Assembly (NCBI GenBank): GCA_038141865.1
Contig: JAYQIX010000006.1
Coordinates: forward strand, 315,400-379,399
Source of the DNA: Gammaproteobacteria bacterium
GTDB lineage: Bacteria > Pseudomonadota > Gammaproteobacteria > Magnimaribacterales > D2472
Direction of reading: 5' to 3'
DNA: 64,000 bases
A program made the translations under genes and the position numbers. The notes under the pieces are model-generated. The model had not been told where the DNA came from and did no database searches. It saw only the letters and a list, made by a program, of their open reading frames with translations. Shown in pieces: positions 42,966 to 55,693 of this stretch. Every line of letters starts with the position of its first letter. Positions within the stretch are counted from its first letter, which is position 1.

Positions 42966-43862
42966 ATCATTATGTGGATATATTTCTATAATTGGCAAAC
43001 CAAATGTTGGTAAATCTACTATATTGAATCATATCTTAGGTAAGAAAATTTCAATCACTTCTAGAAAATCTCAAACAACAAGGAACAATATTCTTGGAAT
43101 AAAGAATATAGAAAATGCACAACTTATTTTTGCTGATACCCCTGGCATGCATATCAAATCACCCAAAATTATGAATAAAGTACTCAATAAATCTGCTGAA
43201 GGTTTAATTGATTATTCGGATATTGTGTTATTCGTTACCCAAAGGCTGAAACTAGACGACCAAGACATGTCAGTGCTTAAGAAACTCAAAGAAGCAAATG
43301 CAAAAGTAATTTGTGTTGTTAATAAGATTGACCAAATTGACGATAAGCAAAAATTGCTTCCTTTAATGAAAGATTAAGTGAGCTTTATGACTTCCTTGAA
43401 ATTATTCCTATCTCAGCACTTTTGGATGAAGGTATAGAAGAACTTCAGAAAATGATAATTAAATATCTACCAAAAGGTGACCATGTTTATGGTGAGGCTA
43501 TGTCTTCAAATAATCAAAAGGACATGTTTATGATTTCAGAACTTGTCAGAGAGAAGATAATTAGGTTGCTCGGGGATGAGCTGCCGCATGATACGTTTGT
43601 TCAAGTCGAGCACTTTGAAGATGAAGAGACCATCTTAAAAATTCACGTTGTTATATTTGTAGTTCGAGATAGTCAAAAACAAATTGTGATCGGTAATAAA
43701 GGATCCACTTTAAAGAAAATTGGTAAACAAGCCAGACTGGACTTAGAAGACTATTTTGAGAAGAAAGTTTTTTTAAAAACTTGGGTGAAAGTTAAGAAAA
43801 ATTGGAATACTGATTCAGATTACATTCAAAGCCTAGGTGTAGGTGCAAGTTATGAGTCCTAA
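42958..43862 (+). CDS. era: GTPase Era, one apparent indel ~43374
   Basis: GKPNVGKST, DTPG, NKID. ORFs 42958..43377 and 43422..43862 join as ..LLPLMKD/LSELYDFLEIIPISAL... KH domain at the C-terminus. Confidence 0.9.
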
Positions 43863-44544
43863 TGAATGGGATAATTGCTTTTTATTACATCAAAGAGCCT
43901 ATGGGGAAACTTCAATAATCGCTGATATTTTCACACGATCATCAGGAAAAATATCAGTCATTGCGCGAGGAGCAAAAAAACCAAAATCTAAGTTCTTCGG
44001 TTATTTAGCACCTTTCTGTAAGTTAAAAGTTACCTATTCTGGAAGATCTGAATTAAAAACCTTAACTAACATTGATAGAGATTTTTCTATGTCAGTAGAT
44101 AATTTTTCAAAAACCAGCTATAGCCTGTTATACATTAATGAGCTTTTGACAAAGTTGCTGCCAAAAAACGCAACTCATGAAGAGTTATTTGATCTTTATG
44201 AAGGCTTTTTAGAAAAAGTTAAATCCAATGATTTAGAGTTAACTCTGCGCTCTTTTGAATTAGATATGTTAGAAATGCTAGGTTATGGAATAGATTTTGA
44301 ATCAGATATAGATGAGCATATTCCCATTGAGGCGAATGCTTATTATAAATTTATATCTCAACGAGGTTTTAGAAAGTCAGAAAGAGGGGAGTTATTAGGT
44401 CAAGAAATATTAGATATTCGTGATAGAAAATTAGAGTCTATACCGAGGAAATCATTAAAAAAGATTACAAAAGAAGCAATATTGCTTTGCTTGGATGGTA
44501 AAGAGTTGGCTAGCAGGGAGATTTTTAGGAGCTTAAAGGGATGA
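43852..44544 (+). CDS. recO: DNA repair protein RecO
   Basis: N-terminal OB-fold sequence (FLLHQRAYGETSIIADIFT...GAKKPKSKF). ATG 43852 is preceded by AGGTG (the ORF track starts at GTG 43843). Confidence 0.85.
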   Translation: MSPNEWDNCFLLHQRAYGETSIIADIFTRSSGKISVIARGAKKPKSKFFGYLAPFCKLKVTYSGRSELKTLTNIDRDFSMSVDNFSKTSYSLLYINELLTKLLPKNATHEELFDLYEGFLEKVKSNDLELTLRSFELDMLEMLGYGIDFESDIDEHIPIEANAYYKFISQRGFRKSERGELLGQEILDIRDRKLESIPRKSLKKITKEAILLCLDGKELASREIFRSLKG

Positions 44545-44918
44545 TATACGGGATTGGCACAGATATAGTTGAGGTTTCAAGGTTTAGAAATATGAAATCA
44601 TTAGATGCTTTTGCAAAGAGATGCCTAACATCTGAAGAGTTAAATTATTTCAATCGCCTGGAGGACTCAAAAAAACCAATATATCTCGCTAAGCAATTTT
44701 CTATAAAAGAAGCGATTTCAAAAGCGTTTGGAACAGGCATCAGGCAAGAGGTTTTGCTTTCAAATATGTCTATAGCAAGAGATGATTTAGGTAAACCTGT
44801 TTTTATTCCTTTGAATAATCTTAAAGATAAAATGAATGATTTGGGTATTTCATCTAGTCATGTTAGTCTTGCAGACGAAAAAAATTATGTAGTAGCATTT
44901 GCTATATTAGAAAGATGA
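44541..44918 (+). CDS. acpS: holo-ACP synthase
   Basis: MIYGIGTDIVEVSRF ... KEAISKAFGTG: canonical AcpS. Confidence 0.9.
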   Translation: MIYGIGTDIVEVSRFRNMKSLDAFAKRCLTSEELNYFNRLEDSKKPIYLAKQFSIKEAISKAFGTGIRQEVLLSNMSIARDDLGKPVFIPLNNLKDKMNDLGISSSHVSLADEKNYVVAFAILER

Positions 44919-45559
44919 AAAATTTTATTTTGTTGGGCCCTCCAGGGGCTGGAAAGGGAACACAAGCTGACCTTATATGCGATCTATATCAAATTCCTAA
45001 ATTAAGTACAGGAGACATGTTACGAGAAGCTGTTGCCTCAGGCTCAGATCTTGGTAAGCAAGTTTCAAGCATTCTTGATTCCGGCGGACTTGTTTCTGAT
45101 GACATTATTGGCTCATTAATTGAAGAAAGACTGCAAATGCCAGATTGTAAAAATGGATCTTTGTTTGATGGAGTTCCGAGAACTCTTGGTCAGGCAAAAA
45201 TCCTAGATGATATGGGCGTATCTTTTTCTCATGTCATAGAAATTGTTGTTGAGGACGATGTGATCGTTAGCAGAATGTCAGGTAGAAGAGTGCATCCTGG
45301 ATCAGGTAGGAACTATCATATAGATTACAATCCTCCAAAAATTGAGGGTATTGATGATGAATCTGGAGAAGCATTAATACAACGTGAAGATGATAAGCCT
45401 GAGACCGTTCTTAAAAGATTAGATGTTTATCACGAACAAACAGAGCCGTTGACCAATTTCTATAAAGAAATTAGCAGTAAATCTGAGCTTGTGTATTTTT
45501 CAGTTGATGGTTCAAAAAGCGTTAATGAGGTTTTTGCAAACATAAAAAAAGAAATTTAA
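44915..45559 (+). CDS. adk: adenylate kinase
   Basis: LLGPPGAGKGTQA P-loop, LID region SGRRVHPGSGRNYH. Confidence 0.95.
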   Translation: MKNFILLGPPGAGKGTQADLICDLYQIPKLSTGDMLREAVASGSDLGKQVSSILDSGGLVSDDIIGSLIEERLQMPDCKNGSLFDGVPRTLGQAKILDDMGVSFSHVIEIVVEDDVIVSRMSGRRVHPGSGRNYHIDYNPPKIEGIDDESGEALIQREDDKPETVLKRLDVYHEQTEPLTNFYKEISSKSELVYFSVDGSKSVNEVFANIKKEI

Positions 45560-45561
45560 TT

Positions 45562-46224
45562 ATGGATGTTTTGGCAATTGATTCTACTGGGGACCATACT
45601 TCAGTAGCATCCAAGATTGGAGATGATCTCTTGTCGATATCAGTAAACCATAAAAGAAAAAGTCGTCCGGATTGGCAATCTCTTCTGCAAAATATCAGCA
45701 TTGATTCTAAAGACCTATCAAATTTTGATCTTTTTGTTTTCGGCCAAGGCCCTGGATCATATACCTCAATTAGAAGCGTCGCTACTTTTTTAAAAGCAAT
45801 TGCTTTAACGCAATCAAAACCACTAATGCCAATCTCAAATCTTGAATGTATTGCTTTCGAGCACACTATCTTTAACACAGAGGATCAAATCTTACATTGT
45901 GCAATTCTCTCAGACATTAAATCTGAAGCTTATTATGCAGAGTTTAATTTTGTTGATGGGTCGTTAAAAAATATTGGCTCAGAGATGCTTGTTAATATGA
46001 TAGATCTTGAAAAAATTGCTTCTAAAGATCCCGATGCTGCTTTTTTAGGCAATGCATGGGATTCAGTTAATGAAGTAAATGTAAATTTGGATATTAAATC
46101 AAATGCAGCCACATTAATTGAGTTAGCTCTTTCAAAATATTCTGAAGACTCAAAATACAGACCCGAAGATGCAAATCCCGTTTATATAAAAGAAACCACA
46201 TATAAAAAATTAAATGATCAATGA
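45562..46224 (+). CDS. tsaB: tRNA t6A37 biosynthesis protein TsaB (YeaZ)
   Basis: VLAIDSTGDHTSVA ... FGQGPGSYTSIRSVATFLKAIAL: typical TsaB. Confidence 0.8.
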   Translation: MDVLAIDSTGDHTSVASKIGDDLLSISVNHKRKSRPDWQSLLQNISIDSKDLSNFDLFVFGQGPGSYTSIRSVATFLKAIALTQSKPLMPISNLECIAFEHTIFNTEDQILHCAILSDIKSEAYYAEFNFVDGSLKNIGSEMLVNMIDLEKIASKDPDAAFLGNAWDSVNEVNVNLDIKSNAATLIELALSKYSEDSKYRPEDANPVYIKETTYKKLNDQ

Positions 46225-47005
46225 TATTGTATTAGTAATACTGCTAAGCATAATTCAGGGGTTAACTGAATTTCTTCCTATATCAAGCTCAGCACACTTG
46301 CTTTTACCTAACTTGTTATTTGGTACTAAAGACCTTGGATTAAGTTTTGATATCGCTACTCATGCCGGCACTTTAGTTGCTGTTATATTTTATTTTAAGA
46401 ATGATCTTATGCGAATGAGCTCATCTTTATTAAATAATGATAAAAGTTTATTAGATGATAGGCGATTAGCATTTTTACTAATCATTGCAACAGTGCCGAT
46501 CGTGATCGCTGGCTTGCTCTCATCTGATTTGATACAACAAAGACTTTTCTCACTTCAAAGCATTGCAACAATGAATATTGTATTTGCATTTGTTCTAATG
46601 TTTGCATTTGCTGCTGGTCCAAAAAATAAAACAATCAAACAGCTCACAATATTTGCTGCAATATTCATAGGACTTATTCAGGTTTTTGCTTTAATACCAG
46701 GCGCATCAAGGTCGGGTACCGCAATAACAGCGGGCTTGATAGCTGGTTTGAGCCTTAAAGACGCATCTAAGTTTGCATTTTTACTTGGAATTCCAACTAT
46801 ATTAGGTGCTCTTGTTTTTCTTTTGCTAGATATGATCGCTCCAGGTGTAGAGATAGATCTTTTACAGCTTTTAGTGGGCTTCTCAATTTCTTCTGTAGTA
46901 GCCTTTTTAACCATTAAATATTTTTTACTATTTGTTGAAAAAATAGGGGTAATGCCCTTTGTCATTTATAGAATCATATTGGGAATGGCAATTATTCTAA
47001 TTTAA
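46214..47005 (+). CDS. uppP: undecaprenyl-diphosphate phosphatase
   Basis: QGLTEFLPISSSAHL and PGASRSGTAITAGL signature motifs. Confidence 0.92.
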   Translation: MINDIVLVILLSIIQGLTEFLPISSSAHLLLPNLLFGTKDLGLSFDIATHAGTLVAVIFYFKNDLMRMSSSLLNNDKSLLDDRRLAFLLIIATVPIVIAGLLSSDLIQQRLFSLQSIATMNIVFAFVLMFAFAAGPKNKTIKQLTIFAAIFIGLIQVFALIPGASRSGTAITAGLIAGLSLKDASKFAFLLGIPTILGALVFLLLDMIAPGVEIDLLQLLVGFSISSVVAFLTIKYFLLFVEKIGVMPFVIYRIILGMAIILI

Positions 47006-47742
47006 TGAACTGCCCGATAGTAATCGATAAAACACTTCATTTAAAAGTTGAATTTGTAGCAAACTATTTAAATTCTGAGATTGTTGATGGTCCACCAAAA
47101 ACTGGTTCATTCATAACAATAGCTAATGAGATGCTTACATTTAATTCTTATTTAGATGATGAATTAAGATCTTTAAATATAGATTTCCTATCTGGCCCTA
47201 TAGGGTGGAGATTAAACAGATCTCAGCATGAGAAACATATTAAAAAAGCTTTGGGTAAGAGTTTAAACCCTTTGAATATATTTGATGCAACAGCAGGCAT
47301 GCTTGCAGATACTATGATTTTTCTGTCTTTAGATCATAAGGTTGTTGCGTGTGAGCAAAGCAAAATTATTTATCTTTTAATCAAGGATGCATGCGAAAGA
47401 GCAAAAGCTTCTTTACCTTTTTTGGATAATTTAACGCTTCTTAATGGCGATGCTCGAGATATTTACAATGAAAAAAAAGATATTGATTTCGATGTAATTT
47501 ATTTGGATCCACTTTATCCAAAAACTAAGAAGGCCTCAAAGGGCTCTGGTGAAATTGATTTATTAAGAAAAATAATAGACTTAGAAGGCATAGAGGACGC
47601 TGGCGACAGTATTTTTAATACCTTTCAAAGCGCTAATTGCAAAAAAATAATCTTGAAAAGACCAATCAAGGCCCCATTGATTTGTAATAAAATAAATTAT
47701 CAGATCAAAGGAAAATCTACTAGGTTTGATATATACATTTAA
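47005..47742 (+). CDS. rsmJ: 16S rRNA m2G1516 methyltransferase RsmJ
   Basis: SAM-MTase motifs (IFDATAGMLADT, VIYLDPLYP). YhiQ-like length. Confidence 0.75.
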   Translation: MNCPIVIDKTLHLKVEFVANYLNSEIVDGPPKTGSFITIANEMLTFNSYLDDELRSLNIDFLSGPIGWRLNRSQHEKHIKKALGKSLNPLNIFDATAGMLADTMIFLSLDHKVVACEQSKIIYLLIKDACERAKASLPFLDNLTLLNGDARDIYNEKKDIDFDVIYLDPLYPKTKKASKGSGEIDLLRKIIDLEGIEDAGDSIFNTFQSANCKKIILKRPIKAPLICNKINYQIKGKSTRFDIYI

Positions 47743-47752
47743 GGAGTAAAGT

Positions 47753-47917
47753 ATGAATCCATTTGGAATGATGAAAGACATGAAAAACATGGAAAAGATG
47801 ATGAAGCCTGCGCTTGAAAAATTTATGAAAGACTCAGGGTTTGTAAAAAAAGAAGAGCTTGAGCCATTAAAACGAAGAATTGCTGAATTAGAAGCTGAAG
47901 TAAAGAGGCTCAAATAG
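47753..47917 (+). CDS. ubiK: UbiK/YqiC-family small coiled-coil protein (54 aa)
   Basis: Hand translation: MNPFGMMKDMKNMEKMMKPALEKFMKDSGFVKKEELEPLKRRIAELEAEVKRLK*. RBS AAGGAG at 47741. Below the ORF-track cutoff. Confidence 0.6.
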   Translation: MNPFGMMKDMKNMEKMMKPALEKFMKDSGFVKKEELEPLKRRIAELEAEVKRLK

Positions 47918-47920
47918 TCT

Positions 47921-48181
47921 GTGATAGATAATCTTAAGCCTGAGGACATTTCAAGAATCATTGAAATGGCATGGGAAGATAGAACAACTTTTGATGCCAT
48001 AGAAGCAACATTTGGACTCAATCAGAATCAAGTAGAGGACCTAATGAGAAAGAATCTCAAAAAAAGTAGCTACACGCTTTGGAGGAAAAGAGCTCGAGGC
48101 AGAAAAACAAAACACCTTGGTTTAAGAAGCTTTGAGGTTGGCAGACATCATTCATATGATCAGAACAAATATAAAAAGTAA
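47921..48181 (+). CDS. TIGR03643/DUF2805 family small protein
   Basis: ISRIIEMAWEDRTTFDAIEATFGL.. matches what I recall of the DUF2805 signature. GTG start. Confidence 0.6.
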   Translation: MIDNLKPEDISRIIEMAWEDRTTFDAIEATFGLNQNQVEDLMRKNLKKSSYTLWRKRARGRKTKHLGLRSFEVGRHHSYDQNKYKK

Positions 48182-48461
48182 TCACATTCAGATAGAAAAC
48201 CTGTGTAAGTCTATATTCTCTGATATGGATAGCATTAGATATAGCCTTGAAGATAAAAAGATCTTAGTTCACCACAACGACAGCACAAACCCTGATGCAG
48301 CATCAATAGAATTTGTAGAATATGAGGACAAATTCAGCGTAGCTTATTGGGATGGCTATTCACTCGCAGAAGATTTTGAATCAAATAACATCAAAGATGC
48401 TCTAAAGGCTTTTAAAAGATTTTCAAAAAAACTTTACAAAAATATTTCTAGATTCAGTTAA
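48156..48461 (+). CDS. hypothetical protein (~101 aa)
   Basis: ORF 48132..48461, with the first ATG at 48156. No recognisable family. Confidence 0.4.
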   Translation: MIRTNIKSNHIQIENLCKSIFSDMDSIRYSLEDKKILVHHNDSTNPDAASIEFVEYEDKFSVAYWDGYSLAEDFESNNIKDALKAFKRFSKKLYKNISRFS

Positions 48462-48473
48462 GATTTGTAGCAG

Positions 48474-50279
48474 ATGAAATCATTTTTTTACATTGTTCCT
48501 TTTATAATTTTTTTATCCTCGTGCGGAGGAGGCGGTGGTGGAGGTTCTGCAGATGGACCGGCGACAAATCAATCTGCTATAAGCATTTCATATAGCGCCT
48601 TACCAAACCCTATTTATTCTTATCAAAGATTAAGTATTGATGTAAATTCAAATTATTCTGACTGTAAATATGTTTTAAGCGGTGATGATATCCATTGGAT
48701 ACAAAGTTCTGGAAATACATTTAACTTTAATGCTCCGATAACAGTACTCGAAGACGAATCATTTAAATTTCAAATTAACTCATTATCAACTAGCACATGC
48801 CCAACTGGTTCAAAAGAAGTTAGTTTAAATATTAAAAAAAATAATACTAAATATAACCCTATTCCAATAAATCATTTAGATCAAAAGACCAATTACTACA
48901 ACAATTTAGATATTGGTTTTGGCGGTATAGAGATTAGCGATAGATACTCTGCAACAATCTGCTATCCCACCCCTGATGATTGTACGACTTATAACAATGA
49001 ACTGTTTGGACAGGATGCTCATAATATGGCTACAGGGGATTTTAATGGGGATGGTCACGAAGATCTTGTTGTTGGGTGGGCAATATTTCCTCATACAATA
49101 GAGGAAGAACAAAAAATTCTTGCTCCTATTCATATTTATTTAAATGATGGAGAAGGTCATCTTTATGAAGATAAAACTATATATGCCTCCTCAGAATATT
49201 TTGTTCATCCCTTTGCATATAGGCTTGCTGTAGAGGACTTTAATGCTGATGGTATAGATGATATTTTTGCAGGATCTATGGGAAAGCAAGTTAGAGGCGA
49301 AGACCAATCACAGGATTATATTGCTCCATTCCCGCATCTATTGCTGTTAAGTAATCAAAATGGCTTTTTTGAGGATAAGAGCTCAAATATTGAAGATCAA
49401 AATAATGGCGAGGGACCATTATGTGGTTTTGCACATGATGCAAGCGCAGGTGATTTTGATAATGATGGTGATATGGACATTTTTGCCTGCAATATGATTC
49501 TAGTAAATAACGGGTTGGGTGAATTTAGTATTCATCCATATATTGGTATTGATTGGTACTATAGTCACATGAGTCCAATGAGCAGCCTGCTTACTGATTT
49601 AAATAATGATGGATATGATGACATTGTATTTTGGAATTTTGACAACAGATTTTTGTTTGAAAGCCAGCCAGAAGAAGGCACTATTCTTTTAAGCAATAAC
49701 TCAGCTGATGTTGCTAATTGGCAAGAGTTAGAATTACCAAAGGGCCCCTTCGCAATAAATAGAAACAAATATAATCACGCAGCATCAGGTGATTTAAATC
49801 AAGATGGCTTCAATGATGTAGTTGTTTCAATTACAAGAGATGATCCTTACTATGAAGGTGCATATATTCAGATATTGATAAATGATCAAACTGGCAATTT
49901 AATAGATAGTACTTCTGCGCATTTTCCAAATCAGTCAAGGCTCGATAATCACCACGGAGAGGGTAATATTTATTTAAGGGATATAGATGGTGATGGTGAT
50001 CTTGATATCTTTCATTCAACTAGAGATTTTCAATCCAATATTTCTGGTGCCCACATAGCAATTAACGATGGTCAGGGAAATTTCTCTTCAAATGAATCCA
50101 TTCTACCGGAAAGACCTGTATCTTTCTCCAATTCAACTAGATCTCTTATGAAAGGCGTGCCAATAAATCTTGATAATAAGGGCTGTATTGATCTAGTATC
50201 TACTTCAGACTCATGGACTGATGCAAATACAACAACAAACTATTTGTTCTCTATTATCAACGTTGATTGCTCTTTTTGA
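48474..50279 (+). CDS. FG-GAP/VCBS-repeat lipoprotein (predicted beta-propeller)
   Basis: Lipobox FLSSC followed by a G7 linker. At least 6 Ca-binding FG-GAP cores (GDFNGDGHEDLVVG, EDFNADGIDDIFAG, GDFDNDGDMDIFAC, TDLNNDGYDDIVFW, GDLNQDGFNDVVVS, RDIDGDGDLDIFHS). Confidence 0.8.
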   Translation: MKSFFYIVPFIIFLSSCGGGGGGGSADGPATNQSAISISYSALPNPIYSYQRLSIDVNSNYSDCKYVLSGDDIHWIQSSGNTFNFNAPITVLEDESFKFQINSLSTSTCPTGSKEVSLNIKKNNTKYNPIPINHLDQKTNYYNNLDIGFGGIEISDRYSATICYPTPDDCTTYNNELFGQDAHNMATGDFNGDGHEDLVVGWAIFPHTIEEEQKILAPIHIYLNDGEGHLYEDKTIYASSEYFVHPFAYRLAVEDFNADGIDDIFAGSMGKQVRGEDQSQDYIAPFPHLLLLSNQNGFFEDKSSNIEDQNNGEGPLCGFAHDASAGDFDNDGDMDIFACNMILVNNGLGEFSIHPYIGIDWYYSHMSPMSSLLTDLNNDGYDDIVFWNFDNRFLFESQPEEGTILLSNNSADVANWQELELPKGPFAINRNKYNHAASGDLNQDGFNDVVVSITRDDPYYEGAYIQILINDQTGNLIDSTSAHFPNQSRLDNHHGEGNIYLRDIDGDGDLDIFHSTRDFQSNISGAHIAINDGQGNFSSNESILPERPVSFSNSTRSLMKGVPINLDNKGCIDLVSTSDSWTDANTTTNYLFSIINVDCSF

Positions 50280-50281
50280 AA

Positions 50282-50366
50282 TGGTGCCCCATGCCTGAGT
50301 CGAACAGGCACTCCCGAAGGAACGCGATTTTGAATCGCGCGCGTCTACCAATTCCGCCAATAGGGC
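50282..50366 (-). tRNA. tRNA-Leu (anticodon CAA), class II with long variable arm, CCA encoded
   Basis: Reverse complement GCCCTATTGGCGGAATTGGTAGACGCGCGCGATTCAAAATCGCG...GTTCGACTCAGGCATGGGGCACCA. The acceptor stem pairs 7/7 (one G-U). Anticodon loop TTCAAAA. Confidence 0.9.
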
Positions 50367-50413
50367 ACGGTGGCATTGTAGCTAACTATCAAGTCTTTTA
50401 AAATCATCATCTT

Positions 50414-52538
<2,125 letters not shown>

Positions 52539-52546
52539 GAAGAGTT

Positions 52547-52909
52547 ATGAATTTTTATAAATATTTGCTTACATTAATTGTTATGCCAAATCTTATTTTT
52601 GCACAAGATGCAATGCAGCAATCAGCGCCCTCAGCGTGGGGTCCTCTAATAATGTTTGGAGGATTTTTTATCCTAATTTACTTTTTAATGATTAGGCCTC
52701 AAAACAAAAGACAAAAAGAACTTGTTAATATGATCGCAGCATTAGAGAAGAATGACGAAATCATCACAGCAAGTGGAATTCTTGGTAAAGTAATAGAAAT
52801 TAAGGGAGCTTATATCTCTGTTAATGTTGGCGATAATCAGACTCTAAAATTTCAAAAATCTGCTGTATCAAGTGTTTTACCAAAAGGCACAATTGATTCA
52901 ATTAAATAA
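52547..52909 (+). CDS. yajC: preprotein translocase subunit YajC
   Basis: Single TM plus IRPQNKRQKE and GILGKV motifs. tgt-yajC-secDF operon. Confidence 0.88.
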   Translation: MNFYKYLLTLIVMPNLIFAQDAMQQSAPSAWGPLIMFGGFFILIYFLMIRPQNKRQKELVNMIAALEKNDEIITASGILGKVIEIKGAYISVNVGDNQTLKFQKSAVSSVLPKGTIDSIK

Positions 52910-52918
52910 TATTTAGAA

Positions 52919-54779
52919 GTGAATAAAAACTCAGCCCTAAGATACATCACAATACTAATTGTTTTAGGGTTAGGTTGTCTTTATGCACTGCCAAACTTAT
53001 ACCCAACTCAACCAGCTGTTCAAATTGCTTATACTGACTCTGGTAAATCTGCAGACCAATCTCTATTAGATGAGGCGGAGGCCATATTAGATAATCAGAC
53101 TTCTGGTTATCAAGATATCTTTTTAAGAGACAATAAAATTGTAGTTAAATTTAATTCCTTAGATCAACAGCTTGAAGCTAAAACCGCATTACAAAATACT
53201 CTTTTAGACAAGGTAATTATTGCCCTTAATCTTGAGCCTACTACACCACAATGGTTGAAAGATATAGGCGGCAGTCCTGTAAAACTAGGTCTAGATCTAT
53301 CAGGTGGTGTTCACTTTTTACTTGAAGTAGATATAGATACCGCACTGCAAGCAAGATTAGAAGTGTTGCTTGATAATTATAGAAAAAGCTTTAGAGAAGA
53401 TAAGTTACGTGTGGCAAATTCATCGGTTAAAGATTTAGCTCTTCTCTTTGAGTTCAAGGATAATGAGAGTTATAACAATGCCTTAAGAACTTACAGAAAT
53501 GACAGCATTGGCATCAATGGTGGCATCCAATACATAATCACTGAGAGACCAAGCAGAAAAACTTTACTGCTTGAATATTCTGATGTTGCTATCAAAGAAA
53601 TCAGAGATTATGCCGTAGGACAGAACTTAACAACTTTAAGAAATAGGGTAAATGAGCTTGGTGTTTCTGAGCCAGTCGTTCAAAGACAAGGAGCCAACCG
53701 AATTGTTGTTCAACTTCCTGGAGTTCAAGACCCTACTGCTGCTAAAAAAATCATTGGTAAGACAGCTAACTTAGAATTTAGACTTGAGGCAAATGCAAGA
53801 ACTTCACCGTTAAGGAAAGAAGAGTTCAATTTTAAAGACAATGAGTATAGAACTGCCTTCTTAGAAAGAGCTGTTGTAGTTACAGGTGACCGAGTAACTA
53901 ACGCAAATACTGGTTTTGATGAAAGTGGATTCTCGCAGGTAAATATTACTCTAGATATGCAGGGCGGAAGAGCAATGCAAAAGGCTACCTCCGGAAATAT
54001 TGGAAGAGGTCTTGGTGTTTTATTTGTTGAGCAAAAATCTAAATCCGAGCTTGTTACTGATGAATTTGGTAATAAAGTTATCGAACAAACCTCATACATT
54101 GAAAAAAATATTATTAGTTTGGCAACTATTCAGGCTGTCTTAGGGACAAGCTTTAGAATCACAGGAGTTGGATCACCTCAAGAAGCTAGCGAACTCGCTT
54201 TATTATTAAGAGCTGGGGCTTTGGCTGCACCAATGAAGTTTGTTGAAGAGAGAACAGTAGGCCCAAGTCTTGGTAAAGAAAATATTGAGCTTGGCATGAC
54301 ATCAATACTCATAGGTTTTTCTTTGGTTATATTATTTATGGCACTTTATTACCGAGTATTTGGTTTGGCTGCAAATATTTCTTTGGTAATTAATTTAGTT
54401 TTAATAACAGGGATAATGTCCTTGCTAGGAGCAAGTCTTAACCTTACCTGGTATCGCAGGTATTGTTTTAACAGTTGGTATGGCGGTTGATGCAAATGTT
54501 TTGATCTTCTCAAGGATAAGAGAAGAACTAAAAAACAAAGACCCTCAATCCGCAATTCATGATGGATTTTCAAGAGCATTTGTAACTATATTTGATGCTA
54601 ATGTAACCACCCTTATTGCTGCACTGATTCTTTATGTTATTGGTACAGGGCCTATAAAGGGTTTTGCCATTACATTATCTATAGGGATTGTTACTTCAAT
54701 GTTCACAGCGATTATGTGTACAAGAGCAATGGTAAATCTAATCTATGGAAACAAGAACATTAAGGAATTAAAAATATAA
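52919..54779 (+). CDS. secD: protein translocase subunit SecD, one apparent indel ~54440
   Basis: ORFs 52919..54490 and 54480..54779 join as ..[35 protein letters not shown]... [16 protein letters not shown]. Confidence 0.9.
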
Positions 54780-55693
54780 TGAATAAAAAGATACCATTCA
54801 TGAAATATAGAAAGGTCGCAGCTATTGTATCTGCGGTCTTATTTTCTGTTTCTGTTTTATCTTTGTCATTTAAAGGCCTCAGTCTTGGATTAGACTTTAG
54901 TGGCGGAACTTTAATAGAAGTTACCTATGAAGAGCCAGTTGAGCTGGAGTCTATTAGAAATATTCTTATTGAGAATGATTATGAGGATTCACAAGTTGTT
55001 AACTTTGGATCTAATTTAGACGTACTGATTAAAGTTGCTGATCAAAATGGTAATAGCAGTATTGGTGAGAGTATATTTAATCTCTTAAATGATTCTGGTC
55101 TTAACGGTGAGCTTAAAAGGGTAGAGTTTGTTGGTCCTCAAGTAGGCTCTGAGCTTAGAGATCAAGGCGGACTTGGAATGCTAGTGGCTCTTTTCATGAT
55201 CCTTATGTATGTTGCTTTTAGATTTCAGTATAAGTTTGCTTTAGGCGCTGTTTCAGCTTTAGGTCACGATGTTGTTATTATTCTTGGCTTCTTTTCTATT
55301 TTTGCTTGGGACTTTGATTTAACTGTATTAGCAGCTCTGCTAGCTGTCATAGGTTATTCATTAAACGACACTATCGTGGTTTCTGACAGAATTAGAGAAA
55401 ATTTTAGGTCAGAAAGAACCCTTGGACCTCAAGAGATGATCGACCTTTCTCTTAATCAAACATTAGGTAGAACAATCGTTACCTCTTTGACTACATTACT
55501 AGTTTTATTTGCCTTATATATTTTTGGTGGCGAGCTTATTAAAGGCTTTAGTTTGGCCCTTATTTTGGGTGTTATGGTTGGTACTTATTCTTCTATATAT
55601 GTAGTTGCAAACATGCTGATGTCATTGTCTATCACTCAAGAGGATTTAGCTGTTCCTGAGCCTGAAGGCGCAGATTTTGACGAATTACCTTAG
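54779..55693 (+). CDS. secF: protein translocase subunit SecF
   Basis: GLDFSGGTLIEV, IGYSLNDTIVVSDRIRE: canonical SecF. Confidence 0.92.
   Translation: MNKKIPFMKYRKVAAIVSAVLFSVSVLSLSFKGLSLGLDFSGGTLIEVTYEEPVELESIRNILIENDYEDSQVVNFGSNLDVLIKVADQNGNSSIGESIFNLLNDSGLNGELKRVEFVGPQVGSELRDQGGLGMLVALFMILMYVAFRFQYKFALGAVSALGHDVVIILGFFSIFAWDFDLTVLAALLAVIGYSLNDTIVVSDRIRENFRSERTLGPQEMIDLSLNQTLGRTIVTSLTTLLVLFALYIFGGELIKGFSLALILGVMVGTYSSIYVVANMLMSLSITQEDLAVPEPEGADFDELP

Noticed and set aside
47921-50282. Genomic island inserted at the 3' end of tRNA-Leu(CAA), carrying DUF2805, an orphan ORF and the FG-GAP lipoprotein
   Set aside because: I found no second copy of the tRNA-Leu 3' end in the window. There is no integrase and no obvious compositional break by eye. 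Only the adjacency is noted.
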